Assembly (NCBI GenBank): GCA_050273025.1
Contig: CP158635.1
Location: forward strand, 30,504,001-30,568,000
Length of the DNA: 64,000 nucleotides
From: Cenococcum geophilum
Taxonomy: Eukaryota
Direction of reading: 5' to 3'
Both the position numbers and the translations under genes were made by a program. A model generated the notes under the pieces. It saw only the letters and a list, made by a program, of their open reading frames with translations. It was not told the DNA's origin and searched no databases. Below are positions 1 through 11,800 of the stretch, piece by piece. Each line of letters starts with the position of its first letter. Within the stretch, counting starts at the first letter, position 1.

Positions 1-3000
1 GCCCTTACGTGGCAATGTACAACGGTTTAACTCTATAAGGGCTCCTATAGAGGATTAGGTATAAAATCTCTACTTAGGCCCAGTTTCTGTAGGTTCGCGT
101 GGTAAAAGTCGCTGATTAAATCCTTTACATTTTTAAAGTCTTCCTATAGTTGCCATTCTGGCTAATTTATATTAAATCCTATGTATATAGCTCTATAGTA
201 GAGCCATTGTCCTCTGCCTTTACCAAAGTATTTAGAGTTAATAATTCGTTTAATGGTCTACTCCTTATGGTTTTTGTCTTTATTCTTATCTTAAATTAGT
301 ACTAGTGGGGGTTTAGGCTATATCTGCCCTAGTAAGGGGTTAGGCTAATAGAGGTGTAGTAGCTATAGGTGAAATATAGGCCATATCCCGCGGGTGGCTA
401 GGGTAGGCAGGAGTTCTAGCTTATATACGGCTCCTCTATTAATAACTTGTTTAATTAGATAGGGGCCAAGGTTCTTATAATTAAGTAACTTTATAGGCCT
501 CTATATAGAGATATTGCGTATATCTAGCTATACTTAGTCGCCAACACGCATCTCCGGTGGTGGCGTTCTATAGTAGTTGGCAAAGTAAGCCTACTTTACT
601 TAAGCCTAGGCCATTTCTCCCTTGCAGTAGTCGAGTAGATTTTTTATATAGTCTACATGCTAGTCGGTAAGTAGCATCTTAAGGCGTTTTCTATATAGCA
701 GTTTCTTATTAATAGGTTCTGGTGGCTTTATGCCAAATTAGGGGTAATAACCCTTATTCGCAAAGAATAGGGTAAGTCCTATAGTGGTTAAGACGTAGTT
801 ATTCGCTGCGAATTTACCTAGTGGGAGGTAATCTACCTAGTTATCTTAACTATAGGCGACTACCTATCGTAGGTACGCTTTTATACTGGTATTAGCGTTT
901 TCCGGTTGCCTAGCAGTTTTATAGTAGAAGGATATAGATATCTTGACGGAGATGCTAAGGCGTTGGCAGATTCGTCTCTATATATTAGAGTTAAATTATA
1001 TGCCTTAGTCGGACGTAATTAAGTTAGGTAGCCTATGTAGTTAATAGACTTCGCAGAGGAAGGCGTTAGTAACGTCGCTAACGGCTACGCCTTCGGTTAG
1101 GACGTAGTGGCGCTCTTTTATAAGTCGGTATATTATTATAAGGATGTTCTTATAGGTATAGCCGTATCGTTTATAGGGTGGTAGGTTAATAACAAAATCT
1201 ATGGCGATATCTGCCTATCATTATATAGGTACTGGTAGAGGGTATAGTAGTCCTTAGTACTTTATATTAAAGGCCTTAGCGCGCTTATAACCGTAATAGG
1301 TGCCTATAAAGCGTTTAACTAAGTCTATTATTTTTAGCCAGAAGTAGTATTGGCTAAGAAGCTTATAGGTTCCTCTTTTACCTAGGTGGCCGCTTAATCA
1401 GAGGTCGTAGGCCATTTAGATTAGTTGCCGTTATAGATTTTCTAAGTTAGGGATAAATAGGCGACCTCTATAATAGAGCCTGTTTTCTTTTACTTCTAAG
1501 GCTGCTATATTAATCTAGCCTAAGCTTTAGAGGTTAGTAGGCAGCGTACGGGCGCTAGCGGTCTTTACGGCAATAAGTTAATACAGTAATAGGTTAACAG
1601 AGGTGTTATATGCTGTAGTGATAAGCTTATTAATTTTGGGAGGTGACTTTAGTTCTATAGTATAAAGCTAAGGTATAGTTAGCTCTATTATAGGTAGTAT
1701 ACCTAGGGCCAAATTTCGTGCTTTTAGGATCGTTTGTTATTGGAACTAATTATAAGAGTTATCTTTAGACTAAGGAAGGTCTTATAAGCGGCGTGTTAGG
1801 CTATTAGGTTTAGTACCTTATACTCCTGGTTTATATATAATTTTAAAGTTAAAACTAGAGAGGAACTCGTTCTAATGTACTTAGCGTTAGTTTAGCTACT
1901 TTATAGTTATAAAGTACTTAAGGTTGCGATGGTCCGTAAGAACTTTAGTTAGCTAGTCAGGCTTTACTAAGAAAAGTTCTGGTTAGAATTCTTTAAACGC
2001 TTGTATAATTATAAGGAGTTTTTTATTATAGATCCTATAGTTACACTCTTATAGTGTAAGCTTAGATGAGTAGAATGTGACTAGGTAAAGGAAACCGTTA
2101 TTACCTATTTAGGAGAGGACGCCTATATTAACGTGGTCTAAGGAGTCGGTTTTAAGATAGAGTTATTGTCCTAGTGTAAAGTAGGCTAGGATAGGTGCTT
2201 TAGTAAAGGCATTTTTAAGGTCTTAGAACGCCTTCTTATATTTAGGCGTCTAGGTAAAGCGTAGGTATGTTTTTCTTCCTTTTATAGAAAGGCCCTTTAT
2301 TTACATTATTGCTGTAAGTAGTGCTACTACGCCTAAGAAGTTATATATAAACTTCTAATAGAAGTTAGCGAAACTAAGGAAGGCTTATACATCCTTAATG
2401 CAGTTAGGGGCTTGCTATTTAGTAATTATGTATACCTTCTTAGGGTCTATACGGACACCCTTAGTAGTAATAATTAGTCCAAGGTATTTTACTTCTGTAA
2501 CTAAGAATTTGCATTTCTTTAAGTTAATATAAAGTCCTGCGTCCCTAAGGCGCTATAGGACCTTTTAAACGTGTTCGGTATGCTTAGAAGGGTTATTACT
2601 ATAAATAAGTATATCGTCTAGGTATGCGGAGCAGAAGTCATTAAGGTAGTCCTATAAGGCGTTATTAATATGGCTTTAAAAGGTGCCTGGGCCGTTGTAT
2701 ACGCTAAAGGGTATAATAGTATATTTAAATTGGCCGAAGCGTAATACGAATGCGGTTTTCCATTTATTACCTTCCCGTATTTAGAGATAGTTAAAGGCGG
2801 CGATAATATTAAGCTTAGTATAGATTTTGGCTTGGCTAAGCTGCTTAAGGGTCTCCCGTATAAGCGGTACTGGGTATTAGTTTTTAATTGTAATAGCGTT
2901 AAGTCCTTTATAGTTAACGTAGAATTAGATACCTCCTCCTAGCTTCTTAGCGAGAAGGATAGGGGCGGCTGCTAGTAATATGCTGGGATGAATAAACCCT

Positions 3001-5898
3001 TTATTAAGGTGCTTGTTAATATACTTTCTTATAACTAGAAGTTCGTCTTTTAATATTAGGTAGGGTCTCTTATAAGGTGGCGTTTTTTCTTATTTAATGT
3101 TAATAGTATAGTTATTAGGTCGATGTAGGGGGAGTATATCTACGCCCTTTTGTAAGCATATATCAATAAAGTTATAATACCTCTTAGGGAGGAGCTTACG
3201 GAGTTCTTTATTAGTAAGTCCTTTTTTAAGTTTTATAAACTTCTTAAAGTCTAAAGGTAAAAGTTTATAGAGTTCCGCAGGGGCGTTGTCTTCTAGAAGG
3301 TTAACTATGTCTATCCTGTTACTATAGAGAACGTAGTCCTATTCTTTATTAAGCTTATATAGTTATAATTGGGAAGCTACAGCAACGGTCTAGCCTTTCC
3401 TATATGCTATACGGTAGAAGGCCGCGGCACTTATATAGTGGTAGTTAGTTGTAGGTGGGGTAATAAGGGGTTTCTTAGGTTAATATCCTAGTAAGTAAAT
3501 AGAGGCGGCTAGGCCATATCCTAGGCAAGTCTCTCTATAGTATTTAGAGTTAAAGGTTGCTTCTCTCTTTTCCTAGTTAATGGCGGGGTTATATTATTTA
3601 AGCCAGCTTATTTTAAGGATAATAGAGTAGTTAGTAAGTAGTGTAATATAGGCTTAGAGCTCTTCCTAGTGCCCGTTTATATCTAAGTAGAGTTATACTA
3701 CGTGGGTAATCTTCTATACGGTATAACTACTATTAGCGAGTTATAGGGCGCGGGCTTTAGTAAGGGGTAAGGTAAGTAGGTTATAAGTGCGCACGAGTTA
3801 GGTATCTATAAATTGGTTAATAGCTCCGCAGTTAATTATAAAACGGCTTTTATATTGTTTTATAGCAGTAGTTCCTATTATAGGTAAAACTATTTATTTC
3901 TGTCCGTTTATCTTTACTAAGTTATCTATTAAGTAGGCCGATATATAGATCCCTTTATTATTAGGGCGTCCTAACCCGCGACTTAGGGCTAGGACTTAGC
4001 GTTTTCCGTTTCCGTATCCAATTCTACTACTATTGCTGCGTCTTTATCTTATACGGTAGTAGCGTATAGCGACGTATTTGGTGTTTAGGGCATTAGGTTA
4101 GGTATTAGGCGGCGGGTACTAAACCTAGCTATTAGGCAGTTTAGGTTATCGTAATAACAGCCTTCTTAACGGCATCTATAGTAGCGTCCTAATTTCTAGA
4201 GTAGCTCGCGCTCTCCATCTAGGAGTTTTTGCGGAAAGGTTGGTATAGAGAGGTTAATGTTGGCTCTAGTGGCACCTAAGGTAGTGGGCGTTGGTGGCTT
4301 AGTATACATAGGTTTAGTAGGCCTAGAGGGCTTCTATAAAGAGGTCTTTAAGTAAAGGTTAATAGTAGCAATCTAATTTAGTTGTTGTTTAATCTTCTAT
4401 AGGGCTGCTACTATCTTATAAACATCGTTATAGTTATAGCTGGCGGCTGCATAACTAAGGTAATAAGTAACTTTTTTAAGGAGATCCTCCTAGTCTTTAG
4501 TATCGTCTTAGGTAAGGGCTCCGGTATATTCCTAGAATTTAACATAGAACTTGTTAAATAATTCGGTAGGGCTCATCTTTAGGACACGTAGTTTAGCTTA
4601 GTTGGTGGCTAGTAGGTCGTGGTCGCGGTATATTAGGTTAAAATCGTTAAGGACTTTTTAGTAAAACTGCCACTTTTAGGGGCCACTAGTCTCCTATTAG
4701 GCGAAGAGTCTATTAAATAGTGTACCCTTTATTCGCCCAATAATATAGCCAATCTTAGTATCTTCTGTAGGAAAAAGGCAGGCGCTCTAAGTTAGTTTCT
4801 TACGGATTTGCATCTTCTAGTGGCTGTATTCCTTGCGATTTCCTTAGAAGACTAGGGGATTAGGGTAGCGTATATTAGATCCTACGGTAGTAGTTTAGGT
4901 CTAATTATTATGGCTTTTATTGTCGCTGCTTTAGTAGGGGTTCCTATTAGGTGAAGCTGCTTAGCGCTAACCCTCCGTTAAGCGTTAAGTAGGTGAAGTT
5001 ACCGGGGGCGTAGAGACTTAGGTGGCGTTATATATAGTAAAAAGGTGTCTAGTGTTATTACAAATGTGCTCGTTAAGCTAAGATTGTAGGTATTTAATTA
5101 TGCCTTCTTTTTTAGTAACTGTAGCAATTAGTATAATCTTATTCTTTAATTGTTAGACGTCGCGTTTAGATATACGGAGGTCATCTTTAGTTTCTTAATA
5201 TATGTTATTAGCGAGCGCCTTACAAGCTTATAGGTCTTGGATAATATTGCGATCTTAGGCAGTACGCATCTTAGCTTGTATAAGCTTTAGGTAGTAGTTC
5301 TATAGAAGGCGGTAGTATTTATTAGGGTTTTGTACTACTATTTTTGCAAACGTCTTGGCGTCTTATATTTTAATTTCAATAGGTAGTAGCCCTTCTATTT
5401 ACTTATCCGTAGTTATATAGTTAATAAAAAATAAGATATTATTAGTATTTATCTCCTTAGGGGTTAGGGCTAATAAATCGAATTCTCCTGGGATTAATTG
5501 GCGTTATAGGTTGAGTATAGGCATTAGATTGTTCTTTAGGTTTAATATAGTAGCTAGTAAGAAATATCGTCTTACTATTATAGGTTCCTTGGAAGTATAA
5601 GGTAAGGTAATTTATAGATACGCTGCTTTTGGCAGCGCCTGCAGTATTATAAAGACGTAGAATTGGTCATAGGCTAAGCGTTAGTGGTAAAAAGGCGCAA
5701 CGTAATGTTATGGAACGAGGGCAGTGGCTACAGAGCGTATGTATTCGAGGAGTCTACAAGACGTTGCGCGATTGATCGTAAGGGTCGAGGGCGTAAGGAG
5801 GTGATATACCTACGCGTAGCTGACATAAGCTGTACGCGAGGTGTACGCGAGAGCACGGGGCTCTCCTATGGAGGCCCCTGCGGTGGGGTTCCGTGACA
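1..5898 (-). mobile_element. Ty3/Gypsy chromovirus LTR retrotransposon (Gypsy-1), RIP-inactivated; 3' LTR lies left of the window
   Basis: Minus-strand remnants in Gypsy order: gag (~4000-5500), protease (IINCGA, ~3825), RT (SAYLDDIL, ~2610-2630), RNase H, integrase and chromodomain (PEWQ, ~150). Ends in an LTR at 5706-5898. Confidence 0.9.
5706..5898 (-). repeat. 5' LTR of Gypsy-1 (193 bp)
   Basis: TG...CA ends with terminal inverted repeat TGTTATGGAAC / GTTCCGTGACA; abuts the gag leader. Confidence 0.8.
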
Positions 5899-6035
5899 GT
5901 TTGTTACTAGGCCAAGGCATCTATAAAGGACTATTATATTATAGTTATTTGTTCCCTAACTAGGGCTATAATAGTTAACGTGGCGGATTTAAGTTTATTT
6001 ACTATTTTAAGGGTATTAGTATTAACGTAATATAA

Positions 6036-6340
6036 TATAAGGGCGCGGAGAGACTTCGGGGAAGATTTAAAGGAATAATATAAATTCTATCTAAATCTAA
6101 AGGTATATAGCTCTTGCTAAAAATAAGACGTTGCGTAAAGAAGAGAAGGGAATAATAAGAGAATTATATAATTAAATAGTCAGGGGCTTAGTGGTCGATG
6201 CGTGCATATATATACACGCGGTTTTTAATAGACTTTAGTAGAATTTAATTAATCTAGCAGAATTTGGTTAAAGCATCGGAATTTATCTATTAAGTGTTTC
6301 ACCAAAACATTCCTACTGTAACTAAGCTAGTCCCGTTACA
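6036..6340. repeat. LTR (~305 bp), same family as 7206-7551; no matching TSD, probably the right-hand LTR of an element interrupted by Gypsy-1
   Basis: Colinear with 7206-7551 from T(A/G)TAAG to TTACA; flanks TATAA and CTACA do not match. Confidence 0.7.
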
Positions 6341-7205
6341 CTACACAAGGTAGTAATTCTTACTATTATAACGTTAAGTTGCCTTATTAATTTCTACTAC
6401 TTTATATACGGTCCTACCTTTTATATACTCTTTCTTCTACCTTAATAGCTATTAATATAATTTTTTATATATTATTATTTGTTCTATTTATTGCTCGATT
6501 TAGTCTCTTTTTTAGGTCTATATAGATTTCTACCTTCTATTTATAGGAAAAATCCATAGTAGGGAAAAGCCTTAATATAACCTTCCAGCTAGTCTTACGC
6601 GCTCTACCTTTGCCTGGCCTATTTACCTTTATAATATATCTACCTTTTATATTATACTTTTAAGGTATCTTAGAAAGTTTAGAGGGTAGTAAGAGGGTCT
6701 AGTAATTTACCTATATACCCCCTTTAGCTTAGCGGGGGTATCTAGTCCCTAAGGGTCTAAAAGGGGGCGTATCCTTCTATATCCTTCTATTAGATCTTAT
6801 ATACTATTTAAAACTACTAGAGGACTCCTTAACCTATAAGCTATTATATTACTATATATAGGCCCCTACTTATAAAAAGTATTTAGGTAATATTATTTAT
6901 ACCCACTTTAGTAAAGAGCTAGTCTTTTACCGTATAGTAGTTATAGAAGAGTATTATATAGCGTACTAATTATATAGGCTATCCGTAGATATAGTATGGT
7001 ATAGTATTTAGGAAATAGATATTTACTAACTATATATTTAGTCCTAAAACCTCTATCTATAGTAGGAAGGCGGTTATAGATTCTACCTTTATTTATCCTT
7101 TATATAGAGGGAGAGTTAGTATTAACTATAGGATGTTCTATATAATTACTCTCCGCGCTTTTACTACCTTTTTCTAACGTTATTTCTACTTAATATTTGC
7201 CTACC

Positions 7206-7551
7206 TGTAAGAGTATAAAGAGGCTTTAGAGCAGATTTAAAGGAATAATATATATTCTATCTAAATCTAGGGGTATAGCTCTTATAGAGAACAAGATATT
7301 GCGTAAAGAAGAGAAAGGAATAATGTAAGAGTCTTATAATTAAATAGTTAGGGGTCTTAGCGATCAATGCGTATATATATACGCATGCAGTCTTTAACGG
7401 ACTTTAGTAGAATTTGATTAATCTGGCAGAACTTAATAGGAGTTAATAATAAAGCTAGCAGAATTCGGCAGAATTTAGTTAAAGCGTTAGAATTTATCCA
7501 TTAAGTGTTTTATTAAGATATTCCTACTATAACTAGGCTAGTCCTATTACA
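7206..7551. repeat. Solo LTR with 5-bp TSD CTACC
   Basis: TGTAAG...TTACA with CTACC at 7201-7205 and 7552-7556; carries ~40 bp more than the 6036-6340 copy. Confidence 0.9.
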
Positions 7552-8640
7552 CTACCTTACAATATATATAGTAGATCTCTACTTATACTAGTAGCCCCCT
7601 ATCCTTTATTACTATAATAGTACTTTACTAGCGCGGCGCTGGGTCTTTACTTAGTATTATAATAGCTTTTATATTTCCTATTCTCTCTCTACCGCTTATA
7701 GGTAGAGAGCTTTTTAGCTTATAGGCTTAGGCGCGGTACCTCTTTAGGGGGGCCTCGCTCCTTAAATATATTCTAGTATTTAGTATATCTCCTTCTCTAC
7801 TAGGTGGCCTTATATTATAGATGCTCTTTATATAGCAGTTACTTTTATATATACTTCTAGTAATAGTACTACTACTTTATATTCTATTATAGTACGTAGT
7901 GTTCTTTTATAGGCCCCTATAATTCTCTATAGGCATTAATTTTATATCTTCTCTAGCGGCGCTAGAGAGCTTTTTACTAATAGTTTACTGTTTAGTTCTA
8001 TACCCTAGTAGGAAGCTATATTACCTAATAGTTAATAGTAAGGTTTGCATACCTACTTATTTAGGCTTTTACCCTAGTTTATACTTATAGTAATATAGCT
8101 CTTAGGGTAGACCAGATCCTTACGCTTAGGTAACTCCTATTTACTTCTTAAGTATATTTTATTAGTATACTGCCCTAGAAACAAACGGTTCCGTCTATTA
8201 ATATACTAATACGTATATCCGTTCTCTTAAGCCATATAATAGTCTCTTTAGCTAAGACGTAATTTTACTTACCTATTGTTGGTTACATAAGGTAATATCA
8301 CGTAGCTACGGTTCGTAGATAGTATAATAATTGTTATTCTTTATATTTATCAGGGGGGGGGGGGGCGAGGAGCTTAAGGCTCCTCGCCACACTAGTGCCG
8401 CGGCGACACGTGACGGCAACTTGCCGCATGTAATGGCAACTTGCCTATATTCCCAATACTAATAACTCTTCTTTTACGGTTGCCATCGACATATATATAC
8501 CGCTCGACTAGCGTAACAAATATTAATCCTCCTTACTTACTATTGCCATTGCAATATAAGTCTCGCTATCCCAAAAATTTGCCTCTTAGCACGTGGTGCT
8601 TTCTTACTTAGGAGTTGTAGGTAGATATCTTGTTCGGAAG

Positions 8641-8814
8641 GCCGCTAAGGCGCTAGTAGTAAGCGAGCTAATAGCGATTTTCCATCCCGGGGATGGAAAA
8701 TCCTAATTGGCTAGGTTAAGTTAGGGTCTATAGAATGTCATACTCCCCCCCTCTAAAAAAAGTCTTAGTAAGAGAATCTAACCAATTAGACAACTTTAAC
8801 CGCCGGTTAAAGTT
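8641..8814 (-). promoter_or_regulatory. Shared palindromic cis-module (copy 1; others at 15175-15313, 36685-36783, 50362-50523); function unknown
   Basis: GATTTTCCATCC-CGG-GGATGGAAAATC flanked by CCAAT-like boxes, plus a second palindrome AACTTTAACCG-C-CGGTTAAAGTT. Confidence 0.55.
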
Positions 8815-11800
8815 CCTGGATATCTTAAGACCTTACGTAACTAAGAAATTTCTAGGGACTCCCTTTTAACCTAACCTTTAACTTATATACGTAGAGTATT
8901 TATATTAATAAACGTCTCTAGTGCCTTATTTAGGTTCGCCTTTATTATCACATCTACCGGGTTATCTTAGCCATTAATTTATTAAATTTTAAAGAGTTTT
9001 TAACGCTTGTAGGATTGCTAAAGTGCTATAATATTAATTATAAGGCGCTTCTCCTTTATGGTACTAAGCTTAACTAAACACTTATAGAGGGAATATAAAT
9101 CGGTGCATATAATTATAGGGATAATAGGAACTTTAAGTTGATTTATAATTATCTTTAGGGTAGTTCTAATTATAATTACTATATTAACTCCGCTAACTAT
9201 TCTATATATCTCTAACGCTAGAATACTTTAAGTAACGCGCTTACTCTTAGTTAAGCTCTAATAAATAAGATTGCCGTAGATTATAAAGTTATTCTCTCTA
9301 GTAGATTTATTTGTGATAATAATCTTATATCCTAACTAGGAGCTAAAATCTTTATTATTTATAAATAATCTATTAATAAATATAAAGAGCTTAGCGGTGG
9401 GAAGATTAATAGGCACGTAAAGTAGTCCCCAATTAAGATAGTTTATTTACTAAAAAAGACGCTTATTTAGGGCAAGAACGTCATCTTTAGTAGGTTCCTA
9501 GTATTAAGCGGTAACAGAAAGATCGAATAAAGTCTTAGGTTAATAGATAGAAGCAATATAAGCTCTGTAAGCACGTTACTTTATATATCCTTACTTTAGA
9601 GAATTAACGTTAATAACATTAATCTTCTTACCTTAACCCTTCTGGCGTAATATAATAGAATCCTTATTTAGGGAGAGGATATATCCATTAAAGAGTAATA
9701 GTGTTGTTAAATTAAGCTTTTCTTTTAGCTTTGCTATAAGATTTACCTTTATTAGCTTATCTTCTTTAAGAGCTAAGAATTAGTTGTCCCCTAAGATAAT
9801 TATATTATTAGTTTATATGCCGATAATTCTAAATAGAGTTTTTATAGTTATAATAAGGAAGCAGGGATTAAATATAGAAGTAATTATTAAAAGCTTCTCT
9901 TTATGGTGCTTGCTATAGGTAGCCTACTAATAAATTCCTACCTCTGCAATTCTATATAATGGCTTAAGCACAACTATAATCGTATCTTTAGGATACTGGT
10001 GGCGAATTTACTCCGAAAGGTATGCCAATATTAAGCGCTAAAGGTGCGTTTCTAATTAGGTGTAGGCTTAAGTAATATCTCGTAAATAAACTACTATTCT
10101 ATTCTTTATTAAGGAGGGAGCTAGCGTAACAATAACTCGCTAACTAGCTTATTAAATTATAGAAGATTACGTAAGAATTACCTCCTTACTATTATTATTA
10201 TAACCTTAGATAATAAGCCTTAATTTCTTAAATAGGGCGTTAGTAGCTTTACCCTTAATCTTATTAACTATTCTTAACTTAAAGATACAAACTCCATCAA
10301 ATTTAGTAGGGTCATACTTCTTAAATTTAAAAACTCTTCTTGCAATAAGACCGTCGATCTCCTACTTATCAGATGCTTAAAAAGGAGCTCCTAGAGTTAT
10401 AATACAATCTTCCTTTTAGAGCTGTTTTGCGAGCTTAAAGTTAGCCTCCTCTTTAGCTATTATAAAGGCCATTAATAACTTAACTCTGCTCTTAATAGCG
10501 GCAATAAATTGTTCTTTAAAATTAATAAGATGTTGGCGATTTTATAATCCCTTTAGGCGACCTCTACCGCGTTATAGTTATAGCGTATCTACTATAATTA
10601 TCTCGGGATTATAGTCGCCTTCTAGAGCATATTAATCGTAGTTCTCCTCTAGGGTATCTTTTAGGGTATCCTATAAAGGCTCGGATTTATTATCTTTATA
10701 ATAAGGCTTAATAATATTTAAACGGAATTAAGTGGGTCTATAAGGCATCTAAATAGTATAAGTTTAACTATTAATTATAATAAGTTAATATAGGCCTAAC
10801 TATCCTCCCTTTTTACGCTATACGCGTACCTTAGACTAGAGTAGTAGATTAAGCGTAGTTAAGGTATTTGGGCCATTTCTTATTTCTAGTGCGTTATTAA
10901 CCTAGCATGTAGCGTAGAGACGTCATACCTTCTTTATTATCTTATGAATAGCCTTAGCTCGTTATACAACGGAAGGAGATAGTAAAAAATTGTTAGTTAT
11001 TTAAGGGTAGGCGCTAAAGACTAGTAATATGGGTATAAGTCTATCTAGGCCAGCGGAATTGTTAATAGCTTTAACAGCCATTTATAAGGTAAGTTCTTCG
11101 CTAGCATTCTTTAATTCTAAAGAGATAATCTTATAGGCGCGGCGTAATAGCGCGTAATATTACTCTACTTTTTTAATACTATTATATGCCTTAACAGGGA
11201 CTTCCTTAACCTTAATTACTATTGCCTTTATCTATTATCGGAACTCTATAAATAAGAAGTTCTTTCCTATATTATAGACAATTTAATTAGGGGGTCCTAG
11301 GTAGATATTAATCCAGTATAACTAAAGGGTATCCTATGCGTTCCTAGCTAATATATCCTTTAAGAATTATACGGCTTAGAAGGAGGTTAAGAAGTTAATA
11401 ACTTAGAGTACTGGCTTGCCGCTAAGATATATAATGTTAACAATAATATAGAAGTTAAAGTCGTAGTTATCTTTAAGGGTAAACTTAAATCGGCTAAGGG
11501 ACTTCTAGTTTATTTAGTAGTAATAGCAGTACTTTATAAGATGCTTAATCGCCTTAACCTTAACTTTATAACCTACTTACTAAAGAACCCTAAGCAATTA
11601 ATAAACGGATAGGTGGCCAAAACGATAGTATAGTTGGCGTAACTCTAACTTAGTTAAGTGGCTTTAAGTAACACTCTTTTCTAGTTAATAAAGGAGCAAC
11701 TAGGGGTAACCCTACTTACGCATAATAGGTACCTAATTATCTCCTTAAATAAGTATATTCTTAAGGTTATTAAGCTTAACGCCTAATTTATTTATATCTC

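Noticed and set aside
5684..5896. 70-aa ORF
   Set aside because: Lies over the Gypsy-1 LTR on the antisense strand; open only because the LTR is GC-richer.
8352..8366. Poly-G runs (also ~21200 and ~55341) as functional G-quadruplexes
   Set aside because: Run length differs between the two LTRs of the same element, consistent with slippage or sequencing noise.
8641..8730. 5S rRNA or tRNA origin of the shared module
   Set aside because: No match to the fungal 5S sequence as I recall it and no A/B boxes or cloverleaf; an Rfam search would settle it.
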